Assembly (NCBI GenBank): GCA_951406725.2
Contig: OX597819.1
Location: forward strand, 92,256,001 to 92,320,000
Reading direction: 5' to 3'
Source: Octopus vulgaris
Taxonomy: Eukaryota
DNA: 64,000 bases
Position numbers and translations under genes: made by a program. Position 1 is the stretch's first letter. Each line of letters begins with the position of its first letter. The notes under the pieces were generated by a model that was given only the letters and a program-made list of their open reading frames with translations, ran no database searches and was not told the origin of the DNA. Below, one piece after another: positions 14,011 through 27,589 of this stretch.

Positions 14011-15784
14011 GCCTTGCACTCCAATAATATTAAAACTTTGTTTCTTCTGCTTCCGTTACTGAAGCCTGTGGGACGTCACTAATCTAACCGTTTGATGGCG
14101 CATATCAATTTGATATGTAATTTTTTCTTGAGCGTTTTTGTGTGGTGAATTTTCATTATTCTCCACTGGCACATCAGATTCAAGGTTACTTTATCCTGTA
14201 TAGTCAATCATGTTTAGGACAGTAGAGAGAAATTAGAGAGACTGATCGCATTATCTTAGCACACCGGAAAGACCTCACGTTTGTTGTTTTGAGAGACTTT
14301 TAGGTTTACTCAATAATTTTCTTAACTAGCAACAGAAGGAAGCAACAATAATGTAAAACAATAGTTAGGTCCTTCATGGATTATGTCAGGCCTATCAGAT
14401 CACAAATACATATTTAAAAAAAATGAAAAAAAAAAACATAGTTAAAAAGAAGACAGAAGTTAGCATCTCATCATCGCAGTGTGCGAACAGGACGCAAAAA
14501 CAGACTACCGAATCGACGGAAATATAATGAATTTGCTAAGAACACAGTTTGTTGCTACAGAAAACAACCCCAATTTTTGACACTACATGCACGATTATCG
14601 ACGAAAATAACATACCATATCACAGATATTAAAATGCAGATTTAAATCTACACAATATATTAAAGTTACACTCTATTTTAAACATCGATATTTTAAATAC
14701 GATATTCACGTACTTTAACGTAGGCACTGGTTTAATATAGACACAATTTTCAACTTACTGTTTTAAATATAGACGATCTTCTTAAGATACACAAAATGTC
14801 AAACAAACTAGCTATGTATTCTCTTTCAAACTTAGTGTTTTGAACATACGTTGAGTTTTAAACCCGCACACAATTTAAACAAGCGTAATGTTTTAATATA
14901 TGTATTGTATGTATACATTCCTTTTCTCTTCTATATTCTGAGATATTTTACTCTGAATGTGTTTTAAATTCGAGTTAATATTACATTAAGTACCTCTGTT
15001 TGATATACATTCACCTCCAGGCAACCACAATTTTCTTGCCTGTGTAAAGAAAAAGAAAAATTAAAGCAATTTCAGTCATTTTTAATAATGAAGTTTATGG
15101 CGTCATTTGAATCAATGTTATTTTCCCACTGGGTTTGTGGCCTCATGTCACAGTTAAAAATCGTTAGTAATTATTATATAAATTAAAAACAATTTAGCCG
15201 TATATTCATTATATTTACAATGTTCTGAAGTAGTCTTCCAGTCAACTGGTGTACAGTCTATTTTTAGCAATATATACTTGTTTGTTTCGACTTAACTACA
15301 AGAAAACTAAAAGGGAAATGCCGATCGCCATGTTATGTTATTTTATTTTCCATGTAAATACTTTCTTCAGTCATTAGCTTGACAAATTATATTTTAGTCT
15401 TCCTGCATAAACTAGCCTCTGTAAGAAAGAGGATATTTTAGAATTATTGATTAAATACTTCCACTATTGTTGGTCATCTTTATTAACAGGATCGATTCTT
15501 CAAGTCATTTTTTTACCCATTTCCGATGATTATATTGAGCGGCAGAATCGGTGGAGCGCGGTGTATCACTTACCGTTTCATTCTAACTCTTCACATTCTA
15601 TGTCCAAATCTTGTCGATATGATGAAGTACTAATAAAGATATTTCTGGTACAAAACACCAGAGTCAATAAAATGCCGGAGATGATGTAATCGCTTAAACA
15701 CTCTCTGCTTCATTTCATGTCTTGTCTTTTTTAAGAATATATAATTATTATCATCACCCCACCCCCACCATCATCATCACTCAT

Positions 15785-15835
<51 letters not shown>

Positions 15836-15975
15836 GTGCATGTAACGCAGGCAAAATGGATACAAGTCGGACAAAATGCTTTGCGGGATTTCGTCCATCT
15901 TTACGTTTGAATTCCGACGTGGTCGATTTTGCCTTTCATCGTTTCGGGCTCGATAAAATAAGTATATATATATAT

Positions 15976-16163
15976 ACTCTTTTACCTGTTTCAGTCATTT
16001 GACTGCGGCCATGCTGGAGCACCGCCTTTAGTCGAGCAAATAGACCCCGGGACTTATTATTGTAAGCCCAGTACTTATTCTATCGGTCTCTTTTGCTGAA
16101 CCGCTAAGTGACGGGGACATAAACACACCAGCATCGGTTGTCAAGCAATGCTAGGGGGGACAA

Positions 16164-16196
<33 letters not shown>

Positions 16197-16256
16197 CATA
16201 TATATACATATATACGACAGGCTTCTTTCAGTTTCCGTCTACCAAATCCACTCATA
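15976..16256 (-). mobile_element. SINE family C, 5'-truncated
   Basis: Reverse complement of the tail and middle of 54405-55155. Confidence 0.85.
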
Positions 16257-17596
16257 CGGCACACACACATACACACACACACACACACACATACACACGC
16301 ATACATATATATAGATATGCACGTACACACACATATTTAGCCATAAAGTTACTGCACAATGAATTATACGCCGGAAATAGGAAAAAAAACAAGTAGATTG
16401 CTGTGTATATTATCGAAGAAGAGCAACAGTTAACGTAGAGCTAGCAAGAAAAGAAATAAAGACGACACATGTTAAAAGCACATGCGTATCTTTGGTTACG
16501 CTTATATTGTAATCGGTTGCAAAGCACGTAAGCGACAGAAATGCAATGGAGTTTCTTGCAATGCACTTACGAAACTTATATAACCATATAGATAATGTTC
16601 ATCTATCTTTTACTTGATCGTATTAGTGTGTTGAATCTTCGTTATTCGATAGGCATTGTTGCCGTAACAATCACACCTTCTTTGCTCCACGCCTTCTCTT
16701 CGTACTTCTCAATACAAACACAGTGTTGTTGCGTTACTTTAACTGATAAATGAAAAATGCTTGAAGAAACGACGTAACGCATACTGAATGTAAAAATGAA
16801 CGGGAGACAAACAAGTTAAGATTCGCACCTTTAACGATAAGACTAAGTGCTTCCCAACAGTTTTCTGACGTAGAATTAGGGATAAGAGCAAGCAAAACAA
16901 TACAAAACAAGCAAAATGATACGTAGTGTGATTTAGGCCAGTGGACGAGGAAGAACAGTTGAGCAAAAACGGTTTCGGGACCAAGGAGACGAAAATAGTG
17001 GGTAACGGTCAGAAATTGTTTGGAGAGATGGAAAACGGAGAGACATAATATACGACTAGTCAGCTAAAGGACCAGTCTAAGAAAGGCAGAAAAATAGTAT
17101 ATACATATATATATATATATATGTATATAGATATGCATACATATATATATATATGTATATAGATACACACATACACACACAAACACATATATATATATAT
17201 ATATATATACATACATATATAGATCTCTGCATGTATATTTACATATGTGTATTTATATATATTTGTGTGTATGTATGAACATGCATGTATGTATATTTGT
17301 ATATGTGGTTATATATTTAAACTTGCATACATTCGCATCAAATCGCAGGAAGAACATTGAGTTGTTCGTGCCTATAAACGTATGCAACCAAAGAGAAATA
17401 TGATAGAAAAATATACCATGTATGCATATTTAGATTTTTATACTGCTGTATTTCCCAGGACAACCAAACAACACATCCACGCACACATACACTTATACAA
17501 ACGTCGCAAGCCCACAAATACACGCACTCACAATCACACACATACAAACACGCACACACAAACACCCCAACAAACATACACACACACACGCGCGCA

Positions 17597-17630
<34 letters not shown>

Positions 17631-18840
17631 TATATATACCTATATTCCTAATTGCGACTTTACATGCTCACATAAAAGTATTTTTCAAAATATTTGTAAC
17701 CACCAAAGACAAATTCTCAAACTGATACCAAGCAACACTCACATCCTCAGTTATTAAGAAAACAAAGCGGAAAGACAGATTTACTTTGCATTTATGACAC
17801 TATATTTAATGCACTTTAGACTTTATATACAGGAAATGCATTTTATATCGTTACGCGTAAAATATGCATTAAGTCTAAAAAGCAGGAATAAATTGAGCTT
17901 GTGTAACATAACAATATTATCTATCTACTTAATTATAAACAGAACTCCATGTATGAAATTAGCATTTTTTTCAATCTATACGAAATTATTTACTTTCCCA
18001 GTTTAGTAATTAATATTGAAAATCCCGTTTAGATAAAGACTGATGCCTCCCTCTCCCTTCCCTGCCTACGCATGTTAATACATTTCTAACACCACAAACA
18101 CACATATATGCGCATACATACACACGTGCATACACAGCATAATTTGGAGAAAGACTAAAAATTAAAGAAAAAAATCAAAATTCTAATCAAGAACGTATTA
18201 TTTCTGACATGCAGCGGATGGCAAGTTGTAGCATCCTCTCATAAAGCACTATAATGTAGTGCAATTTGTAACATTTCCATATTTAATTATAAACGTACAT
18301 ACATGCATACATACATGGATAAATACATGTGGTAAGAAACTTGCTTTCAATCCACATGATTTCTGGTATTCACTTGAAAATAATTAAAAAAAAAATATTA
18401 AGATATCGTCTGTTTAAAGAAAGCTAAAATATAAATGCTTACTGTGCAAACAGCTTACATTTTTGAAATCACATTCACTCAAAAATATTTCTTAATGGTT
18501 AAAATATGTTGTTTAACAAAAGCAAAAATAGAAACATTTACTGTCAAAAACTCGTATTTTTTCGTTGTCAAGTCACTGCATCTAATCGAAAGATAAAAGT
18601 TTCTTCCCTGTCAGGATTAAGATTATTTTCGGAATACTTTCCCATTATGCTCCGTTTGGGTATTTATACCAGAAATCCTATAATATCTCTAAAACTACTT
18701 GCCCGATTTACGCGAAACTTGTATTATTCCGTTCGTATTAACATTTCAGGGTAAACTTAATTCAGAGTATTTTCCCATTATGCGCCAGTTTGGTTGGGTA
18801 ACATTGCAAGCAAGCAAAATTCAAACTTACTTTTAATGCA

Positions 18841-18884
<44 letters not shown>

Positions 18885-19166
18885 GATAATGGTGTCACTG
18901 AGACCCAAAGGTGTCAGGTAATGCTGAATAAGTGCTATAGACAGCATTACCTAACACCTTAAATTAAATCATAGTGCAAAGAAACAACCTACTACATGCA
19001 ACATACAGCGCTCAAGTATTTCCAACATTTTCCATTAAGTACTAAACAGAAATAGACGGGTGATTTGTAGAATGCCTATGTAGTACATTATATATGCATA
19101 CATATGCATCTATATCTCTATCGCTAGCCACTAAAGCTCTTTTTATTATCTCTCTGTTTATTTTCC

Positions 19167-19200
19167 TTTCTGTTGAAGAGCGTAGGCTCGAAACGTAAAA
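19167..19200 (+). ncRNA. Minimal hammerhead variant (CUGUUGA), same family as 54051
   Basis: ttt-CTGTTGA-agagcgtaggctc-GAAA-cg-TA-aaa. The 3' flank is homologous to 54090-54220. Confidence 0.6.
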
Positions 19201-19307
19201 TACTTTCTCACCTTCATGAGCGTTAAACTAATACACCCGTTTGTTGTTTACACACCTGTCTTCGTCTTTTGCTTTTTGTAAATTCCAACTATAATATACA
19301 CACACAC

Positions 19308-19413
<106 letters not shown>

Positions 19414-20072
19414 ATCTATTTGCATGTACGTGTGTATGTGTGTGTGTGTATGTGTGCATTTGTATATCCGAGCACTTGTATCTATACATATACTCACACC
19501 CATATACATGTAGTATAAATGAATATAATATACTGCGCAGTAAGTATAATATAGTCGTTACTCGTGTACAAATATAGATTATCGACATGGAACCTGTTCT
19601 CGCAGGCTGTCTCTACGTGTCAACATACTCGTGAGATTGCATGATCTCGGTTTTGATACTCTTCATTCAACATGAAGTGAATAGCCTTGTTTCTGTTAAA
19701 GGAAATAACACCCAAAAACTGAACACAGATCTTACGCTTGTTCTTTAATGCAACAACTGGCCTTTCTCAAATTCTGAAAGCTACTTACTTCTTACTGTGG
19801 TTATAAACTCCCCAGAAGAAAAGAAAAATAATTCCGTTTAGTATGAACAAACAATTATTAAAGTGTTATCAAAGGGTTAACGGAAAAACTACTCGCTTAG
19901 GGATTAGAAATTTTAGAAAAATTGCTTTAGTTCAAAGGTGTTTTAACATGTGATCGTATATTTTTGCGACACTAATAAATAAACAAGAACATTCAGAGTG
20001 CGCAAACCTCCGCCAATGCAACACCAACGTCCTCCCAACGATTATCCGGAGATGATTTTTAAAATGAGAATA

Positions 20073-21739
20073 TCTATATATATAAACGTGAAGTTGTGTG
20101 AGTGTCTGTCTCCTACGATTTAGATTCCTAACTACTCCCATATTTTGCGGTGCAGTTTAACCAAATTCGGGTATCTTATAGTCGGGATTCATATTGAGCC
20201 CGTCTGGGTATTAGCGCTCGTCTACAATGAGTCTACAATTTAAAAAATAATTTACCATAATTTTTTTTCCATTTTAACGAATATTTTTTAAATAAAGGGA
20301 AGGTGGCGGAGTTGGCATCCATGCTCACACCTGCACCTGCGTTGCTTCTCCCCCTTCTTCCCTCCCTCGTGAAGCTGTGGGGAAGGGAGTGTAAGTAAAT
20401 CAACGTCGTAAAGCGTTGTCAAGGAGACCAGCGTTCTTTTAGAACAACGACTTCATGGCTTGAAGACACCAAAACAGAAATGGCTAAGAAAGCCCGAAAG
20501 CAAATTCTACAAAATCGGGAAACATGCCACACAGGGAAGGTTTCCCGTGCAAATAATTTGCACAACCGAATGTTATAGTTGTTGCACAACTTTTACTTAA
20601 AAAATATTATCCAAACACAAACTTTTGAAGGCAATATTGTATGGCGATGGTACTTGTGAAATATGGTAATGGATTTAGTAGCCAAAAGGAGAGAGCAGAG
20701 GCATAGTATGGTGGTGGTGGAGGCGGTGGTAGTGGCAGCGGTGGTGGCGGTGGTGCTGGTAGTGGTGATGGTGGTCGTGGTCGTGGTGGTCGTCGTGTTT
20801 GTTGTGGTGGTGGTGGTGTTGTTGTTGTTGTTGTTGTTGGTGGTGGTGGTCGTGGTGGTGGGGGTGGTGATGATGGTGGTGATGGTGGTCGTGGTGATGA
20901 TGGTGGTGGTGGTGGTCGTCGTGGTGGTCTTCGTGATGGTGGTGGTGATGGTCATGGACGTAGTGGTGGTGGTGGTCATGGTGGTAGTGGTGATTCTGTT
21001 GGTCGTGGTGGTCGTGGTGGTGGTGACTGAAGCTGTCGTCTGGGTTCTTCCAATTTTTTCGTGTGTCGGTGGCGGCGTTGGAGTTCATGCTCGCACCTGC
21101 ACCTGTGTAGCTCCTCCCCTTCTTCCCTCCCTCGTGAAGCTGTGGGGAAGGCAGGGTAGGGAAATCAACGTCGTAAAGCGTTGTCAAGGAGACCAGCGTT
21201 CTTTTAGAACAACGACTTCATGGCTTGAAGTCGCCAAAACAGAAATCGCTAAAAAAGCTGAAACAGATCCACAAAAACGGCAAAAACCGCCACACAGGGC
21301 AGGTTTCCTGTGCAGACAATTTGCACAACCGAATGTTTTAGTTGTTGCACAAATCTTTATATATAAAAGTGAAGTTGTGTGTCTCCTACGATTTAGATTT
21401 CTAACTACTCCCAAATTTTGCGGTGCAGTTTAACCAAAACCGGGTATCTTATAGTCGTGATTCATATCGAGGTCTTCTGGGTATTAGCGCGCGTCTACGA
21501 TGAGTCTACGATTTAAAAAATAATTTACCATAATTTTTTTCCATTTTAAAGCATATTTTTAAATAAAGGGAAGTAACTCTCTAAAAATGTCTACGATGAG
21601 TCAACGATTTAAAAAAAAATTACCATAATTATTTTTCCATTTTTAATGCATTTTTCGCTGTATTTTGGCTATAACTCTCTAAAAATGCTTTATAGTTATT
21701 TCCCTTACATTACCGAGCAACGCCGGGCGATACTGCTAG
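20073..21739 (+). mobile_element. Non-autonomous Helitron with internal duplication and (GTG)n tract
   Basis: A|TC start at 20073, GC-rich subterminal sequence and CTAG|T end at 21739. Blocks 20073-20590 are repeated at 21066-21570. Confidence 0.8.
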
Positions 21740-22936
21740 TCATAAATAAACTCGATTGCCCATACAAAGGAGAATACTAAAAATGAACCCAGCTGCTCTC
21801 AAAAATTAAAAACATCGGGAAAAATAATCCAGAAACCTCGTCTGGTACCAGATCTATCTCTAAATCTAATCAGTTCATGCCACCAGTCACGAGGCCAAAC
21901 ATCCCTGAAAGTTTCATCCGAATCCACCAAGCAAACGAACAAACAAACATGACTGAGAAAGAATACCTCCGCTTTCCCTAAGGCAAATGTAATAAAGTGT
22001 AAATAAAAGTAATAGATAAAATATGCTTAGCTCAATAAATCAGGAACTGACACTCAGGGAAGTTCCCTCATATGTGTAGTATATCAATTCTTAACATTTT
22101 TCATAAAAGTGCAACATATTTTCCTCATATGTTCATAACTAACTTGATATTATAACATATGCGCCGTGTTGTATTATATTACATTCCTTAGTTTCTGTAC
22201 TACTAATCTCAAACATTATATAAGTACACAATTTTCCTGTACATATTTATTAAACAGACTCAATCTTATATTTTTTCAAAGTTAATTCATTTTTGGTTTA
22301 TTTGTGGCGTACACCAATCAGTCCTATTTTTTGGGACATAATCTCTTTTGATCATTAATTGTATCTCATAATTTTAAGACGGTAGGACAACATATTATTT
22401 CAAACTAACCGTGTATGTAGAGGCTTCTCTCGTTGGCACGCTTTTATTGGTGAATTCACTAAAAAGTTTGATTTCAACAGATAAAATGAATTCGCATTTC
22501 CGTAATGTTAATGCATTTGTGCGACATATACGTGTTGTATATTCCAAAACGACATTTCTTTTGTATCTCAGTCCTTGAGACGTTATGTTGAAGAACGTTT
22601 GGTTGACGACATTGCTCTTTGCTAACATTTTCAGTGTCCTTCTGAAAATTACTGATCTCACTCTGCCTAAGAATGAAGGAAAGAAGACAGGAACGATATT
22701 ATATAAATATAGAGGAGCTATATTTCTATATTTATCGAGCAATATACAATTACAAGCACTGAATTACATACATATGCAATGTAGAGATTGAAATACTGTT
22801 GCATATACAGAGATACGCACATACATACATACATACATACATACATACATACATGCAAACATACATATGCACATAGATGCACATACACTTACATAGAGAT
22901 ACCTGTACATATATACATTCAAACATGTAAAAGAAC

Positions 22937-22974
<38 letters not shown>

Positions 22975-23222
22975 AGGCGCAATGGCCTTGTGGTTAGGGC
23001 AGAGGACTCGCGGTCGTAGGATCACGGTTTCGATTCCCAGACCGGGCGTTGTGAGTCTTTATTGAGCGAAAACACCTAAAAGCTCCATGATGCTCCGGCA
23101 GGGGGTGGTGATCCCTGCTGTACTCTTTCATCACTCTTTCTATCACTCTTCTGTTGGCCTGCTCGCTTAGCCAGCGATGTGTAAAACATCTGATGGTCTG
23201 GTCGGTCACGTGATCACGTGAT
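22975..23222 (+). mobile_element. SINE family A, tcacgtga tail, internally deleted
   Basis: Homologous to 56270-56590. Confidence 0.85.
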
Positions 23223-24089
23223 ATATATATATATATATATTTTTTTTTTTTTCATGTATGCATACACACAAATATATACATTCAAACATACATATCTACC
23301 ATAGATATATTCCCGTTTACATATAAGTGAAAGACCGAAAAAAAAAAATTCATAATTAAAAGAAACAACGTACTGAGTGAAACATTTGGAGCACAAGAAT
23401 TTTTAACATTCTATCATGAAGCGCTATAGAATATGGTGCAATTTGAAAAATATCTGTCTGTCAATGTATGTATGTATGTATGTATGTATGTATGTATGTA
23501 TGTATGTATGTATGTATGTATGTATGTATGTATGTATGTACGTATCTATCTATCTATCTATCTATTTATATATCTGTCTATCTATCTATTTACATACACA
23601 AACACAGACGCACACACACTCACACGCGCGTGCACACACAAACTTGGTGTATGTGCATATGTATGTGCATATATATATGTGTGAGTGTGTGTGTGTTGCA
23701 AAACTTGCTTCTTAACCATATGGTTCCGAATTCAGTCCGCCTGCTTGGAATCTGGAGCAGCTATCTTCTATTACAGCCCCGGACCAACCAAAGTCTTGTG
23801 AGTAGATTTGACATCTATACATACATATATATGTGTGTGTGTGTGTGCGTATGAGTGCGTGTGTATGTGTATGTGTGGTATACACCCGTCGGGAATTTTA
23901 CAGTTTCCGTTTATCAAGTTCTGTCACAAATCTTAGGTTAATCCGGAGTTATTGTTGTCGACACTTGTCCAAATCAGAAACCAATTGGTTGGGGAGCGAG
24001 CTTCTTACTACACACACAAACACATATACAGACACAAACACGCAATTACACACACAACACACACACACACACACACACATACAAACAAA

Positions 24090-24520
24090 CATTACCCCTA
24101 TTATATGGCACTGGGATTTGGAACACTTACCAGCTCATATAAAAGAACTCGATTCATTTCAGATTCAATGTCTTCGCACATTTTGCGTTATTTCGCAAGA
24201 GAAAGCTTTTTCTAATTAAGATACAGTTGAGATGAACAGTGCACTTTGTTCGGATGAAAGATGATAGGCCCCCAGAACAGCTCTCTATGGTTAGCTTTGG
24301 AATGACAAGGCACCAGTGGGTCGTCTTCAAGTATAAATAAGATTTATATAATTCTAAGCGTTGTAATATTGATCGCGACTCTTTGGAAAACCTTGCTGGA
24401 AATTGTTAGGAATGGATAACGTGTTTCACTTGTATAAAACAGTTTGAATTAATTAGACAGAATCCACGTTACCAATTTCGTGCGAATCTTAAGCAGAAGC
24501 ACCGGCAAGAACATGCTTTA
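24090..24520 (+). pseudogene. RTE LINE 3' fragment
   Basis: LLYG...HIKELDSFQIQCLR...FVRMKDDR. Confidence 0.7.
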
Positions 24521-24630
24521 ATTGATTTTGTTTGTGGTATGTGTTGATTCGTAACACACATGGGCGCTTCCCACAATAGAGAGCATACACTTATATGTGT
24601 TTATATTTGTATACATACATACATATACAT

Positions 24631-24675
<45 letters not shown>

Positions 24676-24774
24676 ATCCAAACATGAAAACACAAAGAGA
24701 AAACACAACAACGCGAGGACGTGGAACAAGTAGAGTATTATTGGACGCTCAGGAAAAAAAAGAAAGAAGGAGGA

Positions 24775-24807
24775 TTTAACGTTTCGAGCGGAGCTCTTCG
24801 TCAGAAA
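24775..24807 (-). ncRNA. Minimal Penelope-type hammerhead in a ~200-bp (TA)n-embedded element (24671-24872)
   Basis: Minus strand: ttt-CTGACGA-agagctccgctc-GAAA-cg-TT-aaa. Confidence 0.7.
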
Positions 24808-24946
24808 CATAGGAAAAAGAAAGATCTAAAGAAGGGAAGACGGACGAAAAAAAATCAGCAACGGTACACATGTATATATATATGTGTGTGTGTGTGCGTG
24901 TGTGTGTATACATATATAAATATAAATAAATAAATATATGCATACA

Positions 24947-25108
24947 TATATGCAAGAAGAAAATGGAGGCAAAATAACAGGAAGAATTTGGTCGTTTGCG
25001 CTAGGAAGCTATAAATTTAATTAATTAATAAAGAAAAGTGATAATGGCTTGCTATCGCAAACGACCTGCTTCTTCCTGTTATTTTCCTCCATTTTCTTCT
25101 TGCATATA
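24947..25108. repeat. Inverted repeat, ~60-bp arms
   Basis: tatatgcaagaagaaaatggaggcaaaataacaggaaga pairs with tcttcctgttattttcctccattttcttcttgcatata. Confidence 0.8.
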
Positions 25109-25359
25109 ATTTAAACTACGGTTTACCCGCTGAATTACCTGCTACAGTATAGCTTTTAACAAGGACAGTACCTACGCAGGTAATCACCTGGAGCGCATTT
25201 GGATTTAACCATCCGTTAGAGGTTTAAAGAACTTTAACTTTTACCTATGTACACATATATAAACATGCATACATTATACATACATACATACATGCATTTG
25301 TCCCTTTTTTATCCAAACTGTTTGGATGTTTTGCGTTCTTCTTTCATTTTGTGTGTGTA

Positions 25360-25441
<82 letters not shown>

Positions 25442-25443
25442 CC

Positions 25444-26157
25444 TATAACTAATGTAGGATAACATTCTTTTCGGGAAAATTTTTTTATCAATGGCCGGCA
25501 TATTAAAAAATACCTTTAAAGGTTAAATTTATAAATAATTTACAAAATTAGGGCGAAAGAAAAATTCTAATGCCAAATATGCTGAAAAAAAGACAAAAAT
25601 TGTCAATAACCATTATAATTTATGCGTCTCGAAACAAACCGATAGAAATTTCTAAAAAATCCGGTATTACCGTATTGGTCCCAATTTCGGGGTTAATTCA
25701 TAAGAATTTTCCCTTCTTCAGCGATAAATACGTGAGATATAAGCGAAATACTTACTCATACCCATGGAAAAAGCAAGCACTAAGTCCTGAGCAGACCTAA
25801 GTACCCCAAATATATCCAAAATAGAAAAACTTCGGCACATCTCGAGACACGTGTGATTCGAACTAGAAACTTTCACAGAGTGAGAGAATCCGCAAGTGAA
25901 CACTATTCAATTTATAACTAATGTAGGATGAAATTTTTTTCGGGAAAAAAATTTTATCAATGGCCGGCATATCAAAAAATACCTTTAAAGTTTAAATTTA
26001 TAAACAATTTACAAAATTAGGGTGAAAGAAAAATTCTAATGCCAAATATGCCGAAAAAAAAAGACAAAAATTGTCAATAACCATTATAATTTATGTGTCT
26101 CGAAACAAACCGATAGAAATTTCTAAAAAATCTTTCGCCCTAACTTTGTAAATTATT
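25444..26157 (-). mobile_element. ~1.5-unit tandem of a 469-nt hammerhead-bearing element with a short 5' inversion
   Basis: tataactaatgtagga occurs at 25444 and 25913. 26131-26157 is the reverse complement of 25534-25560 (1 mismatch). Flanked by (TATC)n and (TA)n. Confidence 0.85.
25667..25727 (-). ncRNA. Type I hammerhead ribozyme
   Basis: Minus strand: ttatcg-CTGAAGA-agggaaaattcttatgaattaacccc-GAAA-ttgggaccaa-TA-cggtaa. Confidence 0.8.
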
Positions 26158-26190
26158 AACTATCTATCTATATATATATGTACATTTCAG

Positions 26191-26285
<95 letters not shown>

Positions 26286-26379
26286 ATGTATATCTATATA
26301 TATATAAGTATGTAAATGTGTGTGTATTTTTTTAAAATTTTATATTTATGTTTATTTATAACTTAAAATTATGTACTTT

Positions 26380-26509
26380 ATAATCCCTGACGAAGCCTAG
26401 AGAAACATCCAAGTACCTCAATTTCATCTAGCTATTATTTCAGTCTACTTGAGTTATAAAGGTAGAATGAGGTATTTTTACCCCTTGGCTGAAACAGCTG
26501 TAATTTATT
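26380..26509 (+). ncRNA. Hammerhead remnant with intact core but broken stem I
   Basis: CTGACGA(26387)-agcc...tacctca/tgaggta...ggct-GAAA(26491)-cagctg-TA. The 3' strand of stem I no longer pairs. Confidence 0.65.
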
Positions 26510-26729
26510 TTCCCAATTTATATTAATGTATGTTATTTGGTAATAATTTCTGGTATCCTTATATATTAATATATTTTATATCTTATATGTAAATCATAAT
26601 ATGTTATACATGTATGTATATTCTTGTAATTGTCAGTTTAGTAAATAAATAAATAATTTAACATAATATAAGGTCTAAAAGTTGATGAACCACCTATTGA
26701 TGCCCTCCATATTCTTATTGCTATACATA

Positions 26730-27416
26730 TAGCGGCGTACGTACACTTTGGTCTCTTCTATGTAAATATATAATCTTCTCAATCTTGTACAGCTCTATTC
26801 TTACTTTCTATCAGCCCTTCTACGCTTATTCGTTCATTCCACTCTTCGTTCTTTCGTTCCCCCTCTCTTACATTTCCCTGCCTTCTCTCCTTGCTTACTT
26901 TCCCTCCTCTTTTCACTTCACTGTGTCCCTGTCATTTTTTCTCGCCTCTCCTTAATTCTTCTGTCCCTCTGCCTCTACCTCCCTCTCTTCTCTTCCCACG
27001 TGACCAGTGTTCGGCCAAGCCTGATCTTTCTTTCTTTGTTCGACCGTCATCCGTGCAATATCTATAGTCATCCCTGTGCCTGTGAAATCTTGTATCTTTG
27101 CCGTAAGGCTTTCATACGCCAGCTTAATTTAATTCGTCCTTAGTCGAAAGACACTTGTTGTTATGTCCTGTTATTTGTATTTATCTCGTCCTTGTTTTCG
27201 TATACATTCGCTGCTTCCTTTCAAGGAATCTAATGCTCTTAGCTTAGTTTTTCTTTGGGGCTGGCCGAAATTGCTAAGATAATCTGGAACTCGACTGAGG
27301 AAAGAAAACTCCGAATGACCTGTAATTGTTTTCTTTCTATCGTCTATCTGGATTTTGTGTTGTCCATTTTTGTATCACCTAACTGTATGGATATATTGCG
27401 TTCTTGTCCCATTTTG

Positions 27417-27502
<86 letters not shown>

Positions 27503-27535
27503 AGCGGCGTACGTACACTTTGGTCTCTTACATAT
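26730..27535. mobile_element. (TA)n-embedded repeat with ~28-bp terminal redundancy
   Basis: tagcggcgtacgtacactttggtctctt at 26730 and 27502. Homologous to 4190-4577. Confidence 0.7.
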
Positions 27536-27589
27536 ACGCTTACGTTACATTATCCTGTTTAAATTTTTTTCCATTTAGTTGTGTAGCAA

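Noticed and set aside
20663-21433. 256-aa Val-rich ORF and His/Thr-rich antisense ORFs
   Set aside because: They come from the (GTG)n tract inside a Helitron.
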